From Dehalococcoidia bacterium (GTDB lineage: Bacteria; Chloroflexota; Dehalococcoidia; Plut-88900), in NCBI GenBank assembly GCA_965207225.1, contig CBDBLV010000005.1, positions 928,001-992,000 of the forward strand: a stretch of 64,000 nt of DNA, read 5' to 3'. The position numbers were made by a program, and so were the translations under genes. The notes under the pieces are model-generated. The model had not been told where the DNA came from, searched no databases, and saw nothing but the letters and a program-made list of their open reading frames with translations. The first letter of the stretch is position 1, and each line of letters starts with the position of its first letter. Below are positions 46,547-58,060 of this stretch, one piece after another.

Positions 46547-47641
46547 TTACTGACTCTGTTCGGACTGGTCGTCCTCTTCAGGTTGTTCTTCGATTTCTTC
46601 GGCGCCCAGGAGTTCATCCACGACCTGGTCTACGACGATCTCCAGGGAAGGCTCGGGATCCTGAGCGCTGTCCGCCAAAACGGCTGCCACGTCCACGCCG
46701 TTATCCATGAGCACCTCATACAGCTCGCTCAGGGACTTTTCTCCGAAATTCCTGATCTCGAGGAGCTCTTCTTCTGTTTTCTCCAGGACCTCGCCGACGG
46801 TGGTCAGGCCTGCCTTGGAAAGACAGTTGTAGATCCTGGAGGGCAGGTTCAGGACATCCAGGCTCATGGCGTACTGCTCGGGTGGGAGGTTCAGGCGTCG
46901 ACCGTCTAAAAGGCCGGAGGCCAATCCAAGGTTAGCGAAAAGCGAGAAGTAATTTATAAGCGCCTGCCCAGCTTCCCGCAATGCCTGAACGGGTCGGATA
47001 GTGCCGTCGGTCCAGGCATCCAGCACGACCCGCTCCTTGCCGATATAGGGGCCGGTCCTGATGGGTTCGACCTTGAAATTAACCTTCTGTACGGGGGTGA
47101 ACACGGCGTCGACCGGCAAGGCTCCGAGGGGCAGGCCATCGATGTTGGCGGCGGGCATGTATCCCCTACCCCTCTCTACATTGAACTCCACCGACAGAAC
47201 TGCTTCGTCCGAGTCCATGGTTGCGAGATGCAGGTCCGGATTGGCGACTTCATACTCGGCGGCGGGGCTTATGTCGCCAGCGAGGACTTCGCGTTCTCCT
47301 TGCACGTCCAGGAACAACCGTCCGGGCTGGTCCGAGTTGGACTTCAACCTGATGCCTTTGACGTTCAGCAAGAACTCCGTGACGTCTTCGGTGACATGGT
47401 CGATGGTGGAGTATTCGTGCTGGATTCCCTGGATTTTGACCCAGGTGATAGCGGCGCTTTCGATGGAACTCAGAAGGACGCGCCTTACCGAGTTGCCGAT
47501 GGTAGTGCCCAATCCCCTTTCGAGGGGCTCGACGCTGAACTGGCCGTAGGTCTCCTCGTCTTCGAGGACCTGAATTTCCGGGTTAGCTATACCAACCAGG
47601 GCATCACTGACCTGATACGGTTCGCTGTATATATCCATCAT
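46547..47641 (-). CDS. rpoA: RNA polymerase alpha subunit
   Basis: [32 protein letters not shown]. Confidence 0.97.
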   Translation of the reverse strand: MMDIYSEPYQVSDALVGIANPEIQVLEDEETYGQFSVEPLERGLGTTIGNSVRRVLLSSIESAAITWVKIQGIQHEYSTIDHVTEDVTEFLLNVKGIRLKSNSDQPGRLFLDVQGEREVLAGDISPAAEYEVANPDLHLATMDSDEAVLSVEFNVERGRGYMPAANIDGLPLGALPVDAVFTPVQKVNFKVEPIRTGPYIGKERVVLDAWTDGTIRPVQALREAGQALINYFSLFANLGLASGLLDGRRLNLPPEQYAMSLDVLNLPSRIYNCLSKAGLTTVGEVLEKTEEELLEIRNFGEKSLSELYEVLMDNGVDVAAVLADSAQDPEPSLEIVVDQVVDELLGAEEIEEQPEEDDQSEQSQ

Positions 47642-47671
47642 TTGGACAAGTTCTCCGAAATAGAAAGAAGC

Positions 47672-48298
47672 TTACCGTGAGTAGTATTCGATGATCAGTC
47701 TGTCGTCCACCCGGGACCCGACCAGGTCTCTTGTAGGTGCGGTCAACACGCGGCCGGTCATGGCCTGGGGGTCGACACTGAGCCAGTCGGGGATGGGCTT
47801 GCCGCGGATTTCCGCTTCCATGAACTTGAAGTGTTCCGACTTACGTCCCCGGGGAGTCCAGCCGACCTGATCGCTGACCTCAAGCAGGTAGGAGGGGATG
47901 TCCGTTGCCTGGCCATTGACCGAGATGTGGCCGTGGCTGATAAGCTGTCGGGCCTGGTTGCGGGAGGTGGCAAAGCCCAACCTGAAGACGACGTTGTCCA
48001 ATCTGCTCTCCAGGATTTTCAGGAAGTTGTCGCCGGTGACGCCGGGCTGTTCCCGTGCGGCGCTGAAGTGACGGAAGAGCTGTCGTTCCACCAGGCCGTA
48101 GGTGTGCTTGACCTTCTGTTTTTCCCTGAGCTGCAGGCCTCTTTCGGAGACCCTGCGGCGCCGGGTGCCGCGCTGGCCCGGGGGCCCGATCCGGCGCTCG
48201 ATAGCGCACTTGGGCGTAAGGCAACGGTCGCCCTTGAGGAAGAGCTTCTCGCCCTGCCTTCTGCATAGCCTGCAAACGGGACCTGTGTAACGAGCCAA
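47672..48298 (-). CDS. rpsD: 30S ribosomal protein S4
   Basis: ARYTGPVCRLCRR, LESRLDN, IEYYSR. Confidence 0.97.
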   Translation of the reverse strand: MARYTGPVCRLCRRQGEKLFLKGDRCLTPKCAIERRIGPPGQRGTRRRRVSERGLQLREKQKVKHTYGLVERQLFRHFSAAREQPGVTGDNFLKILESRLDNVVFRLGFATSRNQARQLISHGHISVNGQATDIPSYLLEVSDQVGWTPRGRKSEHFKFMEAEIRGKPIPDWLSVDPQAMTGRVLTAPTRDLVGSRVDDRLIIEYYSR

Positions 48299-48315
48299 AG
48301 GGTGTGTCCTCCGTG

Positions 48316-48705
48316 CTAAATGCGCCTGCGCTTCGGGGGTCGACAGCCGTTGTGAGGAATGGGCGTGACGTCCCTGATGCTTACGATGTTAATACCCGCC
48401 GCGGCAAGGGAGCGGATAGCGGCTTCTCGACCGCTGCCGGGTCCCTTGACGAAGACCTCGACTTCCCGCAATCCCTGGTCGGTGCCCTTGCGGGCGGCCT
48501 GGTCGGCGGCTCTTTGGGCGGCGAAGGCCGTGCCTTTTCGGGACCCCTTGAAGCCCATAGTCCCAGAGCTTCCCCACGCTATGACGTTCCCGTTGGGGTC
48601 CGTGAGAGTTATCTTGGTGTTGTTGAAGGTAGACTGGATGTAGGCCCGCCCCACGGGGACGAACTTCTTCTCCCTGCGCCTGGCCCTTCCCTTTTGCTTG
48701 GCCAT
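48316..48705 (-). CDS. rpsK: 30S ribosomal protein S11
   Basis: [23 protein letters not shown]. Confidence 0.97.
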   Translation of the reverse strand: MAKQKGRARRREKKFVPVGRAYIQSTFNNTKITLTDPNGNVIAWGSSGTMGFKGSRKGTAFAAQRAADQAARKGTDQGLREVEVFVKGPGSGREAAIRSLAAAGINIVSIRDVTPIPHNGCRPPKRRRI

Positions 48706-48714
48706 GTTTACCTC

Positions 48715-49098
48715 TTACTTCTTGGCCCTGACCTGCCTGCGGCCTGCCACCGTGCGCCTCGCGCCTCTCTTGGTCCTGGCGTTGGTCTTGGTCCTCTGGC
48801 CTCTGACCGGCAGTCCCCGGCGGTGCCTGACGCCCCGGTAGGTGTTGACTTCCACGAGGCGTCGGATATTCTGCTGCACCTGGCGCCGCAGGTCTCCCTC
48901 GACGATGTACTGCTTGTCGATGACTTCCCTGACGCGGTTGAGATCGTCTTCAGAGAGCTCACCGACCTTGGACTCGGGGCTGACCTGGGCGGCCTCGGCG
49001 ACCTTTGTAGCGGTAGTCGGGCCAACACCATAGATGGATGTGAGGGCTATGAACAGCCTCTTGTCATTAGAGATATCTACGCCTGCAACTCTCGGCAT
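48715..49098 (-). CDS. rpsM: 30S ribosomal protein S13
   Basis: GLPVRGQRTKTNAR. Confidence 0.97.
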   Translation of the reverse strand: MPRVAGVDISNDKRLFIALTSIYGVGPTTATKVAEAAQVSPESKVGELSEDDLNRVREVIDKQYIVEGDLRRQVQQNIRRLVEVNTYRGVRHRRGLPVRGQRTKTNARTKRGARRTVAGRRQVRAKK

Positions 49099-49115
49099 AA
49101 CGCCCTCCGTTTAAG

Positions 49116-49229
49116 CTATCCCTGCCTCTGCTTGTGCTTGGGGACTTCGCAGATAACGCGAAGAGTCCCGTGACGGCGAACTATCTTGCACTTGTCGCAC
49201 ATTTTCTTTACAGAAGCCCTGACTTTCAT
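49116..49229 (-). CDS. rpmJ: 50S ribosomal protein L36 (Zn-binding form; not in ORF track)
   Basis: [37 protein letters not shown]. Confidence 0.96.
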   Translation of the reverse strand: MKVRASVKKMCDKCKIVRRHGTLRVICEVPKHKQRQG

Positions 49230-49241
49230 CGCGGACCTCCC

Positions 49242-49475
49242 CTATTTGAACCGATAAGTGATCCTGCCCCGGGTCAGGTCGTAGGGCGAAAGCTCTACAA
49301 GAACCCGGTCCCCGAGGAGAATCCTGATGAAATGAATGCGCATTTTGCCGGAAACGTGGGCTAGTACCTGGTGCCCGTTGGCCAGCTCTACGGTAAACAT
49401 GCCGTTGGGCAGAGTCTCGACGATCCGGCCCTCGACTTCAATCTTCTCTTTCTGTCCCGTTCTCTCTTCAGCCAT
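49242..49475 (-). CDS. infA: Translation initiation factor IF-1
   Basis: [21 protein letters not shown]. Confidence 0.97.
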   Translation of the reverse strand: MAEERTGQKEKIEVEGRIVETLPNGMFTVELANGHQVLAHVSGKMRIHFIRILLGDRVLVELSPYDLTRGRITYRFK

Positions 49476-49503
49476 AGCGTATTATTGCAGTCCTTTCCTC
49501 TGG

Positions 49504-50301
49504 CTAATCTGCAAATCGGGTCATAACTATCGGTCCGTCGGCGGTTATTGCGATGCTGTGTTCAAAGTGGGCGGAGAGTTTGCCATCCCGGGTGACGACT
49601 GTCCAGCCATCGGGGAGCAGCGAGGTGGTCCAGTCGCCTATGTTGAGCATGGGCTCTATAGCGAGGGCCATGCCTTCCCGGAGCTGGAGCCCGCGTCCCG
49701 GCTTTCCGTAGTTGGGGACCGAGGGTTCTTCGTGCATCCTGCGCCCGATCCCGTGGCCGACGTATTCCCTTACGACGGAGTATCCGAGGGACTCGGCGTA
49801 GGTCTGGACGGCATGGCCGATGTCGCCTAGTCGGGCCCCGACAACAGACGCTTGGATGCCGCGCTCAAGGGACTCCCTTGTGGCTTCGATGAGCCTCTGC
49901 GCTTCATCGGTGATTTTGCCGGCTCCTACGGTTACGGCGGCGTCGCCGTGGAATCCGTCAACGATTGCTCCTACGTCTACGCTGACGAGGTCTCCTTCCC
50001 TGACTACCCTGTTACCGGGAATGCCGTGGACGATTTCTTCGTTGATGGATACGCACACGGCTGCAGGAAAGCCTCGATAGCCGACGAAGGAAGGAATGGC
50101 GCCGTGCCGTGCTATTTCGGCTCGGGCCACGGCATCCAGGTCGCCTGTTGTTATTCCCGGCTCGATGGCCTCTCTCAACGCTTTGAGAGTGTGGGCGACC
50201 ACTTGGCCTGCCTGCTTCATCAGGTCGAGCTCTCGGGGAGTTTTGATCTCCATGCCTTCCTGGACCACGACCCTGGGGCCGCCCAGGAACGTTCTGTTCA
50301 T
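49504..50301 (-). CDS. map: Methionine aminopeptidase type I
   Basis: VHGIP, GHGIG..MHEEP, IEPM, SAHFEH. Confidence 0.96.
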   Translation of the reverse strand: MNRTFLGGPRVVVQEGMEIKTPRELDLMKQAGQVVAHTLKALREAIEPGITTGDLDAVARAEIARHGAIPSFVGYRGFPAAVCVSINEEIVHGIPGNRVVREGDLVSVDVGAIVDGFHGDAAVTVGAGKITDEAQRLIEATRESLERGIQASVVGARLGDIGHAVQTYAESLGYSVVREYVGHGIGRRMHEEPSVPNYGKPGRGLQLREGMALAIEPMLNIGDWTTSLLPDGWTVVTRDGKLSAHFEHSIAITADGPIVMTRFAD

Positions 50302-50969
50302 CAGGCGACCCCCTTTCCAGATGCAACCTTTAGGGAGTCGGCCATCTGGCGAGCGACCTGGTCAATGGACTGTTCGCCATCGATCTCGATGAGGTTGCCC
50401 TGGTGTTGGTAGTAGGAGATTAGGGGCGCTGTCTGGTCGTTATAGACCTGGACGCGTCTGCGGGATGTGGCCTCTGTATCGTCGTCGCGTTGATAGAGTT
50501 CGCCATCGCAGCGGTCGCACTTGCCTGCCGCCTTAGGAGGAGAGTTGACCATGTGATAGGGGGCCTGGCATTCACGGCAGATCCACCGGCCGCTGAGCCG
50601 ACGGATTAACTCCTCCTCGGAAACCTTGATGTACAGCACTGCCCCGATGCCCTTGTTGAGGTCATGCAGTGCCGTGTCCAGGGCCTGGGCCTGGGCTAAA
50701 GTGCGGGGGAATCCGTCGAGGACGGCGCCATTTTGGCAGTCGGGGTCTTCAAGGCGGTCGAGGACCATGCGGACGGTGAGTTCGTCGGGGACGAGCTCAC
50801 CCTTGTCCATGTAGGTCTTGGCCTCGAGGCCCAAGGGGGTGCCTTCGCCCAGGTTTCGGCGGAACAGATCACCTGATGCAACATGGGCTGCGCCCAGTTC
50901 CGAGGCAAGGCCAACGGCTTGAGTACCCTTGCCGGCGCCCGGGCCACCGAGAAGTATCACGTACATCAT
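50301..50969 (-). CDS. adk: Adenylate kinase
   Basis: GGPGAGKGTQ, LDGFPR, Zn-binding LID CREC/CDRC. Confidence 0.96.
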   Translation of the reverse strand: MMYVILLGGPGAGKGTQAVGLASELGAAHVASGDLFRRNLGEGTPLGLEAKTYMDKGELVPDELTVRMVLDRLEDPDCQNGAVLDGFPRTLAQAQALDTALHDLNKGIGAVLYIKVSEEELIRRLSGRWICRECQAPYHMVNSPPKAAGKCDRCDGELYQRDDDTEATSRRRVQVYNDQTAPLISYYQHQGNLIEIDGEQSIDQVARQMADSLKVASGKGVA

Positions 50970-52297
50970 CGGATGAAGCCCTCGTAGCGGCGCATCAGGA
51001 GCTGGGCCTCCAGTTGGCGCATGGTATCCAGGACAACACCGACGGCGATGAGCATGGCCACACCGGTGAGCTGCAATCCCTGCACTCCGGTGAACTCGCT
51101 GGCGAAGTAAGGGATTATGGCTATCACGCCGAGGAATATGGCGCCTCCCACGGTTATCCTGAGCAGCACCCTTGTAATGTAGTCGTTGGTGGGTTTGCCG
51201 GGTCGGATCCCGGGGATGAACCCACCATTTCTCTGCAGGTTCTCTGCGATCTGCTGCTGCTGGAATACGATTATCGAGTAGAAGAATGCGAAGGCCACCA
51301 CCAGGAAGAAGGTCATAATCCAGTAGAAGAGGCCGGTGGCATCGAAGAGGTTCGAAATGAAGCGGCCTGTGGCGGAGAGCCAACCGGCATCGGCGGTGAC
51401 GAAATAGCTAGCCACGAGGCCCGGGAAGATCATGATAGAGAAGGCGAAGATAATGGGAATCATGCCCGCAGAGTTCACTCTGAGGGGTATGTGGGTCGCC
51501 CCCGCCTGACGGTACATTCGGCCGCTGCGGAAGACGCTACGGCCATATTGGACGGGAATTCGGCGCTGCGCCTCCGTGAAGAGGACAATGCAGTAAACGG
51601 TAATCAGGGCGATGGCGAAGAAGACCACCAGGCCGCCGACGTTGCCTCTCTGCAGGAAGGACTGTCTCAGGAGGTCGGGAAGTCCCGACACTATGCCGGC
51701 GAAGATAATCATCGAGATACCGTTGCCGATGCCTCGTTCGGTTATGAGCTCTCCCAGCCAGACACAGAACATGGTGCCGGCGGTCATGGAGAACATCATG
51801 GCGATGGTCGGGCCGAGCTGGCCGCCGGTGAATCCCACGTTTTCTATCACGCCGCCGCGTTCGAGGAGTACAAGCTGGCCGAAGCTCTGGGCCAGGGCCA
51901 TGGGGACCGTCAGCCAGTGAGTAATTTGGTTTAGCCTCTGTCGACCGGCCTCGCCACCTTCCCGTGAGAGCGCCTGGAGGCGGGGTACGACGGGTATCAG
52001 CAACTGCATCACGATGGATGCGGTGATATAGGGGTAGACGCCCATGGAGGCGACGCTTAAGTTCCTGAGAGCGCCGCCGCTGAACAGGTCAAGCATCCCG
52101 GCGAGGTTGTTGCCCTGGAAATACCGGGACAGCTCATCCAGGTTGGCGCCGGGAACGGGGACGTGGGCGACGAAACGGTATATGACCAGGATCCCGAGGA
52201 CAAAGAGGACCTTGCCGCGCAGGTCGGGCTGACCGGCCACGTCGATCATGGCCTGGAGCAGCTTGGGTCGGGAGGAAACGGTCTGGGTCTGTTGCAT
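50966..52297 (-). CDS. secY: Preprotein translocase SecY
   Basis: MGVYPYITAS, GIGNGIS, FIPGIRPG. Confidence 0.97.
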   Translation of the reverse strand: MQQTQTVSSRPKLLQAMIDVAGQPDLRGKVLFVLGILVIYRFVAHVPVPGANLDELSRYFQGNNLAGMLDLFSGGALRNLSVASMGVYPYITASIVMQLLIPVVPRLQALSREGGEAGRQRLNQITHWLTVPMALAQSFGQLVLLERGGVIENVGFTGGQLGPTIAMMFSMTAGTMFCVWLGELITERGIGNGISMIIFAGIVSGLPDLLRQSFLQRGNVGGLVVFFAIALITVYCIVLFTEAQRRIPVQYGRSVFRSGRMYRQAGATHIPLRVNSAGMIPIIFAFSIMIFPGLVASYFVTADAGWLSATGRFISNLFDATGLFYWIMTFFLVVAFAFFYSIIVFQQQQIAENLQRNGGFIPGIRPGKPTNDYITRVLLRITVGGAIFLGVIAIIPYFASEFTGVQGLQLTGVAMLIAVGVVLDTMRQLEAQLLMRRYEGFIR

Positions 52298-52744
52298 CTA
52301 GCTCAGGGTCTCTACGCTGCCGCCTGCGGCCTCTATCTTGGCAACGGCGGAACCGGAGAACTTGTTTGCCTTGACGGTGAGGGGGCGGTCTATTGCCCCG
52401 CCTCCCAGCACCTTGATGGGCTTGCTCAGCGAGCGAACGATCCTACGGGAACGGAGCAACTCCGGGGTTACTTCCGTGCCGCTTTCGAAGATATTCAGCT
52501 GGGAGAGATTTATGGGCAGGTATTCGGTCCTGAAGATGTTGGTGAAGCCCCGCTTGGAGGGCATGCGCTTGATGAGCGGAAGCTGGCCGCCTTCAAAGCC
52601 GCGCCTGATACTCCCGCCCGACCTCGATTTCTGGCCCTTGTTGCCGCGCCCCGATGTATGTCCGTAGTTGCTGCCGTACCCGCGCCCGACGCGTCGGCGG
52701 GGACGCTTGGAGCCTCTTAAAGGTGACAGCTCATTGAGTCTCAT
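52298..52744 (-). CDS. rplO: 50S ribosomal protein L15
   Basis: GFEGGQLPL. Confidence 0.97.
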   Translation of the reverse strand: MRLNELSPLRGSKRPRRRVGRGYGSNYGHTSGRGNKGQKSRSGGSIRRGFEGGQLPLIKRMPSKRGFTNIFRTEYLPINLSQLNIFESGTEVTPELLRSRRIVRSLSKPIKVLGGGAIDRPLTVKANKFSGSAVAKIEAAGGSVETLS

Positions 52745-52923
52745 TTTATCTCTTCCACTGCAACCAGGTGGGTAACCTTTTGCACCATGCCCCTTACGGA
52801 GGGATTGTCATCGTGCTCCACGGTCTGGTGCATCTTTTTCAGCCCCAGCGCCCGGAGGGTGCCCCTCTGGTCCTGGGGGTAACCTATGCTGCTCTTCTTG
52901 AGGGTTACTTTGAGTCGTGACAC
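52741..52923 (-). CDS. rpmD: 50S ribosomal protein L30
   Basis: KSSIG...TLRALGL; spc operon position. Confidence 0.96.
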   Translation of the reverse strand: MSRLKVTLKKSSIGYPQDQRGTLRALGLKKMHQTVEHDDNPSVRGMVQKVTHLVAVEEIK

Positions 52924-52934
52924 GGGGGTCTGCC

Positions 52935-53447
52935 TTACTCCTGCTCCGTCGGGCTGCCCTTGCGAGCGGCAATGGCCTGCGCCGGGTCTCTCAATTGTTG
53001 CAGCCCGTAGAGAGTGGCCTTGGAAGTGTTTATCGGGTTTCCGCTACCCAGAGACTTGGTGAGAACATCCTTCACGCCGGCCGCTTCCAGGACGGCCCTG
53101 ACGCCGCCACCGGCGATTACCCCCGTACCGGGGCCCGCAGGTCTAAGGACAACCTTGGCTCCGCCGTACTTGGTGACTATTTCGTGGGGGATGGTTGTGT
53201 CCTTGAGTAGCACCTTTACCAGGTTTTTCTGGGCAATGGTGTTGCCTTTACGGACGGCGTCTGGGACGCTCCCGGCCTTACCCAGGCCAACGCCGGCGTG
53301 GCCGTTGCCATCGCCTACCACCACCATGGCGGTGAACCTGAACCTGCGGCCCCCTTTCACCACCTTGGCTACCCGGTTGATATGGACAACACGCTCGGTG
53401 AGGTCCAGGTTTCGGGCGTCTATCTTTTCTTTCTTGACTCTAGCCAT
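52935..53447 (-). CDS. rpsE: 30S ribosomal protein S5
   Basis: [14 protein letters not shown]. Confidence 0.97.
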   Translation of the reverse strand: MARVKKEKIDARNLDLTERVVHINRVAKVVKGGRRFRFTAMVVVGDGNGHAGVGLGKAGSVPDAVRKGNTIAQKNLVKVLLKDTTIPHEIVTKYGGAKVVLRPAGPGTGVIAGGGVRAVLEAAGVKDVLTKSLGSGNPINTSKATLYGLQQLRDPAQAIAARKGSPTEQE

Positions 53448-53812
53448 TAAAACTCCAAGCCGCCCTTACGGGCGCCCTCGGCCAGGGACTGCACCCTGCC
53501 GAAGTACTGGTAGCCGCCCCGGTCGAAAATGACGGTCTTAACGCCTTTTTCCGTGGCCCGTGAAGCGACCAGCCCACCTACCAGACCGGCGACCTCTCTC
53601 TTGGGCTTCCCTTCAGCATCCTTTTTCACCGGCTCATCGAGGCTGGAGGCAGCAGCCAGTGTCACACCGTTATCGTCGTCGATTACCTGTGCGTAGATAT
53701 GGTTGAGGCTTCGGAAGACGCTGAGCCTGGGTTTGTTGGGCGTGCCGGACAGGGTCTTCCTGATCCTGCGCCGTCTGCGTTGTCTTGCCTGTCTTCGGTC
53801 CAGTTTTGCCAT
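53447..53812 (-). CDS. rplR: 50S ribosomal protein L18
   Basis: [14 protein letters not shown]. Confidence 0.97.
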   Translation of the reverse strand: MAKLDRRQARQRRRRRIRKTLSGTPNKPRLSVFRSLNHIYAQVIDDDNGVTLAAASSLDEPVKKDAEGKPKREVAGLVGGLVASRATEKGVKTVIFDRGGYQYFGRVQSLAEGARKGGLEF

Positions 53813-53821
53813 TTTCTGCCC

Positions 53822-54364
53822 TTAACTCGTGGCGGCTCGCTTGCCGGGCTTCAGGCGAACCTGCTCGTTGGCGTAGCGAATGCCCTTGCCCTTGTAGGCG
53901 TCGGGGGGGCGGATGCGCCTTATCTTGGCGGCCACCTGCCCGACCTGCTCCTTGTCTATGCCGCTCACGAAAATCCGGTCATTTCCCTCCACGCTCAGAG
54001 TTATGCCCTCGGGCGGGGCAACCTCGACCCGGTGGGAGAACCCTACCTGCAGCACCAGATTTTCGCCGTCCATCTGTGCTCGGTACCCGACTCCCACCAG
54101 CATGAGTCCCTTGGTGAAGCCTTCGCTGACCCCCTGGACCATGTTGGCGATGAGGGTGCGAGTCAGTCCGTGGAGCGCCCTGTGTTCTCGCTGGTCGGTG
54201 GGGCGGGTGACGAGGAGTTGCCCATTGTCCCGGGACACGGTGAGGTCCGGGTGATGGGTGTAGGAAAGCTCCCCGCGGGGCCCCTTGACGGTAATGTGAC
54301 TGTTTTCCATCACAACGTCGACGCCGGACGGGATCGTTATTGGCTGTTTTCCTATTCTCGACAT
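53822..54364 (-). CDS. rplF: 50S ribosomal protein L6
   Basis: MSRIGK, YKGKGIRY. Confidence 0.97.
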   Translation of the reverse strand: MSRIGKQPITIPSGVDVVMENSHITVKGPRGELSYTHHPDLTVSRDNGQLLVTRPTDQREHRALHGLTRTLIANMVQGVSEGFTKGLMLVGVGYRAQMDGENLVLQVGFSHRVEVAPPEGITLSVEGNDRIFVSGIDKEQVGQVAAKIRRIRPPDAYKGKGIRYANEQVRLKPGKRAATS

Positions 54365-54398
54365 GATTTCTGTTGGTTTTCGAATATAACTCCGGGCC

Positions 54399-54800
54399 TT
54401 ACCAGACCTGGCACATCAACTCTCCGCCGACCTGCTCCCGCCAGGCCCGGGACCCGGTCATCATGCCCTTGGAAGTAGACATAACCGTTATGCCCACACC
54501 CCCGTAGACCTTGGGGATCTCACCTTTGCCTATGTAGACCCGGAGGCCGGGTTTGCTGAGCCGTTTCAGGCCCCGGATGGTGGGCTGGCCTTCGGACTCG
54601 TACTTCAGGAGGATGCGAAGGGTGTCCTGGGGATTTCCCTTGACCACCTCATAGTCTCCGATGAAGCCCTCGTCCTTTAGGATTCCTGCGATAGCGTTCT
54701 TGGTCCTGGACGCGGGCATGGAGACCGTGTTGTGCTCCACGGCCAGCGCGTTCCTGATGCGGGTCAACATGTCGGCGATGGGGTCGGTAACTACTCCCAT
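54399..54800 (-). CDS. rpsH: 30S ribosomal protein S8
   Basis: DPIADMLTRIRN, SKPGLRVY. Confidence 0.97.
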   Translation of the reverse strand: MGVVTDPIADMLTRIRNALAVEHNTVSMPASRTKNAIAGILKDEGFIGDYEVVKGNPQDTLRILLKYESEGQPTIRGLKRLSKPGLRVYIGKGEIPKVYGGVGITVMSTSKGMMTGSRAWREQVGGELMCQVW

Positions 54801-54810
54801 GATTTCAGCC

Positions 54811-54996
54811 CTACCAACTCGACTTTCTGACCCCGGGCAGCTTGCCCTGGAGGGCCAACTCTCTGAAGCAGATGCGGCACAGGCCGAAGTGCCTGATGTA
54901 TCCCCTGGGACGACCGCAGAGGTTGCACCGGTTGCGGAACTGCACGCGGTACTTGGGGGGCTTACGCCACTTGGCTATCTTGGCTTCTCGGGCCAC
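54811..54996 (-). CDS. rpsZ: 30S ribosomal protein S14, Zn-binding type Z
   Basis: RCNLCGR...LCRICFRE; 61 aa. Confidence 0.96.
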   Translation of the reverse strand: MAREAKIAKWRKPPKYRVQFRNRCNLCGRPRGYIRHFGLCRICFRELALQGKLPGVRKSSW

Positions 54997-55026
54997 GCTA
55001 CTTTATCCCTTCCCTATGGTTCCTTA

Positions 55027-55659
55027 TCAGGCCGGTCGGGCGAAGGGCATGCCGAACATGGTCAGCAGCAGCCTCGCCTCTTCGTCGGTCTTGGCCGACG
55101 TCACAATTGTCACTTGCAGGCCTCTCTGCCTGTCCATCTTGTCGTAATCGATCTCCGGGAATAGGGTCTGCTCGGTGAAGCCGAGGCTGTAGTTTCCCCT
55201 CCCGTCGAATGCGGTATTGGAAACGCCGCGGAAGTCCCGGATGCGGGGCAAGGCGGCGTTCAGGAGCCGGTCTAAGAACTCGTACATTCTTGCGCCGCGA
55301 AGGGTGACCATGGTTCCGATGATCATGCCGTCCCTGACCCGGAAGTTGGCCACGGACTTCTTGGCCCGGGTCACGATGGGGTGCTGCCCGGTGATAGCCT
55401 CGAGATCCTGGGTAGCAGCTTCTACGGCGCGGGCATTTGTAAGCGCCTCTCCCAGCCCAATGTTGAGAACTATCTTCTCCACCTTGGGCGCCTGCATCAC
55501 GTTGGCGTAGCCGAAGTGCTGCACCAGTGCGGGTACGATCTCTTCCCTGTACTGCACTTTCAGCCGCGGCTGGGCGCCGTTGACGGCAGGAACCGCGGTC
55601 TTGTCCTTGGCTTTGGCCCGGGACTCTCTATTCGGTTTTACTCTATCGTCGCCTGGCAT
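55027..55659 (-). CDS. rplE: 50S ribosomal protein L5
   Basis: [23 protein letters not shown]. Confidence 0.97.
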   Translation of the reverse strand: MPGDDRVKPNRESRAKAKDKTAVPAVNGAQPRLKVQYREEIVPALVQHFGYANVMQAPKVEKIVLNIGLGEALTNARAVEAATQDLEAITGQHPIVTRAKKSVANFRVRDGMIIGTMVTLRGARMYEFLDRLLNAALPRIRDFRGVSNTAFDGRGNYSLGFTEQTLFPEIDYDKMDRQRGLQVTIVTSAKTDEEARLLLTMFGMPFARPA

Positions 55660-55967
55660 AGCTTACACACTCTGGGATACCCGTTCCCCGGGTTCGCGCT
55701 CTGGGGCTGCGACTTGTCGGCCAGGGCCTTGGTCGGCTTGTTGCAGGTGGGGCAGACCAGCTTTAGGTTGGACATGTTGATTGGCAACTCCAACTCGATG
55801 AGGCCGGCCTGGCGTACGTTGGGCTTGGGCCTCATGGCCTTCTTGGTGGAGTTGACTTTTTCCACCCAGGCCAGATTGTCAGAGGGCTTGATGCGGAATA
55901 TCCTGCCCCGCTTGCCCTTGTCCTTGCCCGCAAGGACTAACACCGTATCGTTTTTCCTGATTCTCAA
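55638..55967 (-). CDS. rplX: 50S ribosomal protein L24
   Basis: KOW motif AGKDKGKRG; C-terminal CxxC pairs. Confidence 0.95.
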   Translation of the reverse strand: MRIRKNDTVLVLAGKDKGKRGRIFRIKPSDNLAWVEKVNSTKKAMRPKPNVRQAGLIELELPINMSNLKLVCPTCNKPTKALADKSQPQSANPGNGYPRVCKLCQATIE

Positions 55968-56004
55968 AATATAGCCTTTGGATACTTGATGGTTGAGGCC
56001 TTGG

Positions 56005-56373
56005 CTAGATCACCTCGGGCGCAAGGGAGACTATACGCGTAAAGTTGCGCTCCCGTAACTCACGGGCCACGGGACCAAATATGCGGGTGCCCCGGGGGTT
56101 GGAAGTGTCGCTCAAAATAACGCCCGCGTTCTCGTCAAAGCGGATGTATGAGCCGTCGGGGCGGCGGTAGGGCTTGGCGACCCTGACTATAACGGCCCTG
56201 ACCACGTCGCCCTTCTTCACCTGTGCGGCGGGTACAGCCTGCTTTACCGAGGCCACGATAATCTCCCCGACGGAGGCGTAGCGCTTCCCCGTGCCGCCCG
56301 GCACGTTGATGCACTCTATCTCCTTGGCCCCTGAGTTGTCGGCAACCTGGAGCCTGGTGGCTATCCTTATCAT
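56005..56373 (-). CDS. rplN: 50S ribosomal protein L14
   Basis: [20 protein letters not shown]. Confidence 0.97.
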   Translation of the reverse strand: MIRIATRLQVADNSGAKEIECINVPGGTGKRYASVGEIIVASVKQAVPAAQVKKGDVVRAVIVRVAKPYRRPDGSYIRFDENAGVILSDTSNPRGTRIFGPVARELRERNFTRIVSLAPEVI

Positions 56374-56678
56374 CAGGCGCTGGCCTCTTGTGCAGGGGAC
56401 GCGATGTCCTTGGGCTGGGTTTCGGCGATATCCATTCTGGCCAGGACTTCGACTACGCGCCAGCGTTTTTCACGGGAAAGGGGTCGGGTCTCCTCTATGC
56501 GGACCGTGTCTCCCAGCCTGCATGAGTTGTTGTAATCGTGAGCCTTGAACTTGGTGATGCGCTTGATGCGCCGCTTGTAGAGCCGGTGGGTGCGGAACCG
56601 GTCAACGGCCACCACTACGGTCTTGTCCATCTTGTCGCTGACAACCTGGCCAACGTTTGTCTTTCGGGACTTGTTCAT
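56373..56678 (-). CDS. rpsQ: 30S ribosomal protein S17
   Basis: [18 protein letters not shown]. Confidence 0.97.
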   Translation of the reverse strand: MNKSRKTNVGQVVSDKMDKTVVVAVDRFRTHRLYKRRIKRITKFKAHDYNNSCRLGDTVRIEETRPLSREKRWRVVEVLARMDIAETQPKDIASPAQEASA

Positions 56679-56878
56679 CTCTGTTCCTGTGCCAGTTCCC
56701 GCTCTCGCATGATCGTCTTAAGCCTGGCGATCTTCCTGCGGATACGTCTGATCTCCCTATGGTTGGTCAGCTGATTTGTCGCGCGTCGGAAGCGGAGATT
56801 GAAGGTCTCCCTGTAGGAGCTCTCTAACTCCCTCTGCAGGTCCACCTCCGACAGGGCCCTAATTTCATTCGCTTTCAT
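56675..56878 (-). CDS. rpmC: 50S ribosomal protein L29
   Basis: FNLRF...[10 protein letters not shown]. Confidence 0.96.
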   Translation of the reverse strand: MKANEIRALSEVDLQRELESSYRETFNLRFRRATNQLTNHREIRRIRRKIARLKTIMRERELAQEQR

Positions 56879-56901
56879 TTCAGAGTACCTTGCACCCGGG
56901 T

Positions 56902-57318
56902 CTAGAGAAGCTCATCCCGGGACACGAACCGGGTCGCGATGGGCAGCTTGTGGGAGGCCCTTCTCATGGCCTCCTTGGCCGTTTCCTTCTCCACTCCGCC
57001 AATTTCGAAAATCATTCGTCCCGGTTTGACGACGGCAACCCAGTGGTCGACGTTGCCCTTGCCGCTGCCCATCCGGGTCTCGAGGGGCTTGGATGTCACC
57101 GGCTTGTCGGGGAAGATGCGGATCCAGATCTGTCCACCGCGCCGGACGTGGTGGGTGATGGCGCGTCGGGCGGCTTCGATCTGCCGGTTCGTCACCCACG
57201 CAGTAGACTGGGCCTTAAGCCCGTACTCCCCGAACGAAAGCCCCGAGCCCGCGTGGGCTACGCCCCTACGGTGTCCCCGATGGGCTTTCCGAAACTTGAC
57301 TCGTTTCGGTTGAAGCAT
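56902..57318 (-). CDS. rplP: 50S ribosomal protein L16
   Basis: [18 protein letters not shown]. Confidence 0.97.
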   Translation of the reverse strand: MLQPKRVKFRKAHRGHRRGVAHAGSGLSFGEYGLKAQSTAWVTNRQIEAARRAITHHVRRGGQIWIRIFPDKPVTSKPLETRMGSGKGNVDHWVAVVKPGRMIFEIGGVEKETAKEAMRRASHKLPIATRFVSRDELL

Positions 57319-58060
57319 TGCTCTCCTCTGCTGTGCCTGCTACCTGGCCGTTAGCTTCTTCGGATTCATCATCCTGCAGGATAGTCACGCTGATGGGCGC
57401 CATGCGCTCGGCTTCAGTCTGCCTCGGCTCCGGGAGGATGTCTCCCTTGTAAATCCAAACTTTTACGCCTACGACGCCCATGGTGGTGAGGGCCTCGGCT
57501 ATTCCGTAGTCGATGTCGGCCCGAAGGGTGTGCAGCGGGACACGGCCTTCCATGTGCTTTTCGTCCCGGGCTATCTCCGCTCCGCCGAGCCTGCCGGAGC
57601 AGATGATCTTTATACCTTCTATTCCGGTCTGCATGGACCGGGTGGCGGCCTGCCTAATGGCCCGTCGGTAGGAGACCCGGCGCTCGAGCTGGTCGGCGAT
57701 ATTTCGGGCCACTAGGAAGGCGTCCTGTTCCGGCTGGGAAATCTCCTGGATGTTAAGCCGGACCCGACGTCCGGTCTTCTTTTCAAGAAGGCCCCGGAGC
57801 TCGTCCACTCTCTGACCGCCTCGGCCGATGACGATGCCGGGTCGGGCGGTGTGGATGGTGGTGATTACCTCGTTGGCGTTCCTCTCGATCTCGACCTTGG
57901 AGATGGCCGCGTCGGTGTGGCTGTCCAGGATTGTCTTGCGAATCTTCATATCTTCGGAAAGGAGCTTCCGGTACTGGTCCCCCTTGCGGGCGAACCACTT
58001 TGCGTCCCAGTCCCGGATGATGCCTAGCCGAAACCCTATTGGGTGGGTCTTCTGTCCCAA
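57266..58060 (-). CDS. rpsC: 30S ribosomal protein S3
   Basis: [26 protein letters not shown]. Confidence 0.97.
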   Translation of the reverse strand: MGQKTHPIGFRLGIIRDWDAKWFARKGDQYRKLLSEDMKIRKTILDSHTDAAISKVEIERNANEVITTIHTARPGIVIGRGGQRVDELRGLLEKKTGRRVRLNIQEISQPEQDAFLVARNIADQLERRVSYRRAIRQAATRSMQTGIEGIKIICSGRLGGAEIARDEKHMEGRVPLHTLRADIDYGIAEALTTMGVVGVKVWIYKGDILPEPRQTEAERMAPISVTILQDDESEEANGQVAGTAEESNASTETSQVSESPSGTP